Of a stretch of DNA of 64,000 nt, positions 62,569 through 64,000 are shown piece after piece (the first letter of the stretch is position 1; each line of letters begins with the position of its first letter). This stretch comes from Bacteroidaceae bacterium (lineage in GTDB: Bacteria > Bacteroidota > Bacteroidia > Bacteroidales > Bacteroidaceae), in assembly GCA_963643925.1 (NCBI GenBank), contig CAVINS010000001.1, forward strand, positions 27,568-91,567, written 5' to 3'. A program made the position numbers and the translations under genes. Below the pieces are notes generated by a model. It saw nothing but the letters and a program-made list of their open reading frames with translations, was not told the origin of the DNA and searched no databases.

Positions 62569-63339
62569 TCATCGAATGATGGTACCCTGTGTGCCGTCGA
62601 TGGCTGTGGCCTGTGTGATGACCACTTTGTCCACCCCTGCCTGCAGGGCATCGAAGGCGTTCTCCAGCTTGGGTATCATGCCGCCTTGGATGACACCCTC
62701 CTTCACGTAGCGGTCGAAGTCGGTGCGACGAATCTCAGGTATCACGCTGTCGTCGTCCTTCTCGTCGCGCAGCACGCCTTTCTTCTCGAAGCAGTAGACC
62801 AACGTCACGTCGAAGAGCTGTGCCAGTGCCTTGGCCGTCTCACCGGCGATGGTATCGGCATTGGTATTGAGGATATGGCCCATTCCATCGTGTGTGAGGG
62901 GAGCCATCACGGGCACGATGCCCTTACGGATGAGCTCGGCCAGGAACTTGCCGTTCACCTTCTCCACATCACCCACGAAACCATAGTCCACCTCCTTGAC
63001 GGGACGCTTCACGGAACGTATCACGTCCATGTCCGCTCCCGTGAGGCCGAGGGCGTTCACTCCTTTGGCTTGCAGTCCGGCCACGATGTTCTTGTTCACC
63101 AGTCCGCCGTAGACCATCGTCACCACCTTCAGCGTCTCCGCGTCGGTGATGCGTCGGCCGTTGACCATCCGGCTCTCGATACCCAGTTGTGCTGCCAGGG
63201 TGGTGGCGGAGCGTCCGCCGCCATGCACCAGCAGCTTATATCCCTTGATGGCGGAGAAGTCGGCGAGGAGTTGCTGCAGTGTGCTGTTCTCCTCCACAAT
63301 CTTTCCGCCCACTTTGATAATCGTCAGTGCTTCTTTCAT
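62569..63339 (-). CDS. argB: Acetylglutamate kinase
   Basis: Motifs IIKVGGKIVEE, LVHGGGRSAT, NGRRITDAETLKVVTMVYGGLVNK and NTNADTIAGE. Confidence 0.95.
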   Translation of the reverse strand: MKEALTIIKVGGKIVEENSTLQQLLADFSAIKGYKLLVHGGGRSATTLAAQLGIESRMVNGRRITDAETLKVVTMVYGGLVNKNIVAGLQAKGVNALGLTGADMDVIRSVKRPVKEVDYGFVGDVEKVNGKFLAELIRKGIVPVMAPLTHDGMGHILNTNADTIAGETAKALAQLFDVTLVYCFEKKGVLRDEKDDDSVIPEIRRTDFDRYVKEGVIQGGMIPKLENAFDALQAGVDKVVITQATAIDGTQGTIIR

Positions 63340-63363
63340 CTCGTTCTTGTATGATGTAACTGT

Positions 63364-64000
63364 TTATTCCAGATAAGTGTATCCATAGAGTCCCGAGCGG
63401 TAGTTGCTGAGGAACTCCTTGCCCTCTTCTACGGAGATGACACCGTCCTTCACCGACTTGCTCACCCAGGTCTCCAGCGTGCGGACCAGCTTCTTGGGGC
63501 TGTACTGCACGTAGTCGAGCACCTCGGCCACGGTTTCTCCGTCTATCAGTTGGTCGATGGTGTAGCCCTTTTCGTTCACCGAGATATGCACGGCGTTGGT
63601 GTCGCCGAAGAGGTTGTGCATGTCGCCCAGAATCTCCTGGTAAGCACCCACCAGGAAGACTCCGATGTAGTAGGGCTCCTTGCTCTTGAGCGAGTGCACA
63701 GGCAGGTAACTGGTGGTTATGCTGCCGGCCGTCACGAAGTTGGCTATCTTGCCGTCGGAGTCGCACGTCATGTCCTGCAGGGTGGCATTGCGGTCGGGCT
63801 TCTCGTCGAGCCGTTGGATGGGCATGATGGGGAATATCTGGTCGATGGCCCACGAGTCAGGCAACGACTGGAACAGCGAGAAGTTGCAGAAGTATTTGTC
63901 CGCCAACAGCTTGCCCAGCTTGCGGAACTCCTCGGGAGCATGCTTCATGCCCGATGCTATCTGGTTTATTTCGCGGGTGACGGACCAGTAGAGCTTCTCT
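63364..64000 (-). CDS. speA: Biosynthetic arginine decarboxylase, C-terminal part (5' end lies beyond the window)
   Basis: Motifs KYFCNFSLFQSLPDSWAIDQIFPIMPIQRL and GDTNAVHISV. The reading frame stays open upstream of the listed Met to position 64000. Confidence 0.9.
   Translation of the reverse strand, partial: EKLYWSVTREINQIASGMKHAPEEFRKLGKLLADKYFCNFSLFQSLPDSWAIDQIFPIMPIQRLDEKPDRNATLQDMTCDSDGKIANFVTAGSITTSYLPVHSLKSKEPYYIGVFLVGAYQEILGDMHNLFGDTNAVHISVNEKGYTIDQLIDGETVAEVLDYVQYSPKKLVRTLETWVSKSVKDGVISVEEGKEFLSNYRSGLYGYTYLE

Noticed and set aside
1-64000. Mobile elements, prophage, defence islands, tRNA/rRNA genes
   Set aside because: No integrase, transposase, restriction or toxin-type motifs, tRNA-like sequences or terminal inverted repeats were recognised. 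Gene content is metabolic or envelope-related throughout.

Overview
GC-rich Bacteroidota (Bacteroidales-type) chromosomal segment with about 33 protein-coding genes. I saw no rRNA, tRNA, CRISPR array, integrase or transposase. Family calls are from motif recognition by eye, not searches.

Gene content, left to right:
(1) A minus-strand susC/susD-like pair plus a beta-helix surface lipoprotein (552-8546).
(2) A tightly packed minus-strand operon (8661-13774): NapH/NapG-like polyferredoxin, twin-arginine lipoprotein aldo-keto reductase with an Fe-S domain, DUF1893, a small membrane protein, tatA, tatC.
(3) A SAM-methyltransferase, a CcsBA cytochrome c synthase, a DUF1111 di-haem lipoprotein, an imelysin-like protein and an outer-membrane barrel (iron-uptake-type cluster).
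(4) An SGNH hydrolase and a GH31 enzyme, each apparently a separate transcription unit.
(5) A second susC/susD-like pair.
(6) A roughly 30-kb pectin (rhamnogalacturonan-II-type) CAZyme locus: a GH78-sialidase-like fusion, GH140, GH95, an esterase-DUF3826 fusion, GH78, a GH143/GH142-like enzyme, a DMT transporter, DUF3826, PL1, GH115, a SASA-type acetylesterase, GH2 and GH43.
(7) Housekeeping genes: DUF2461, argB and a partial speA.

Non-coding structure:
- Four independent arrays of 21-22-bp phased direct repeats.
- A REP-like roughly 63-bp hairpin element present twice.
- Several long perfect hairpin terminators.
- Multiple exact TAnnTTTG (-7) promoter boxes.

The most unusual item is the Tat-linked periplasmic redox operon, which has an internal twin-arginine motif in the polyferredoxin. 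No regulator gene (HTCS, ECF sigma/anti-sigma, SusR) lies in the window despite two susCD pairs and more than 15 CAZymes.
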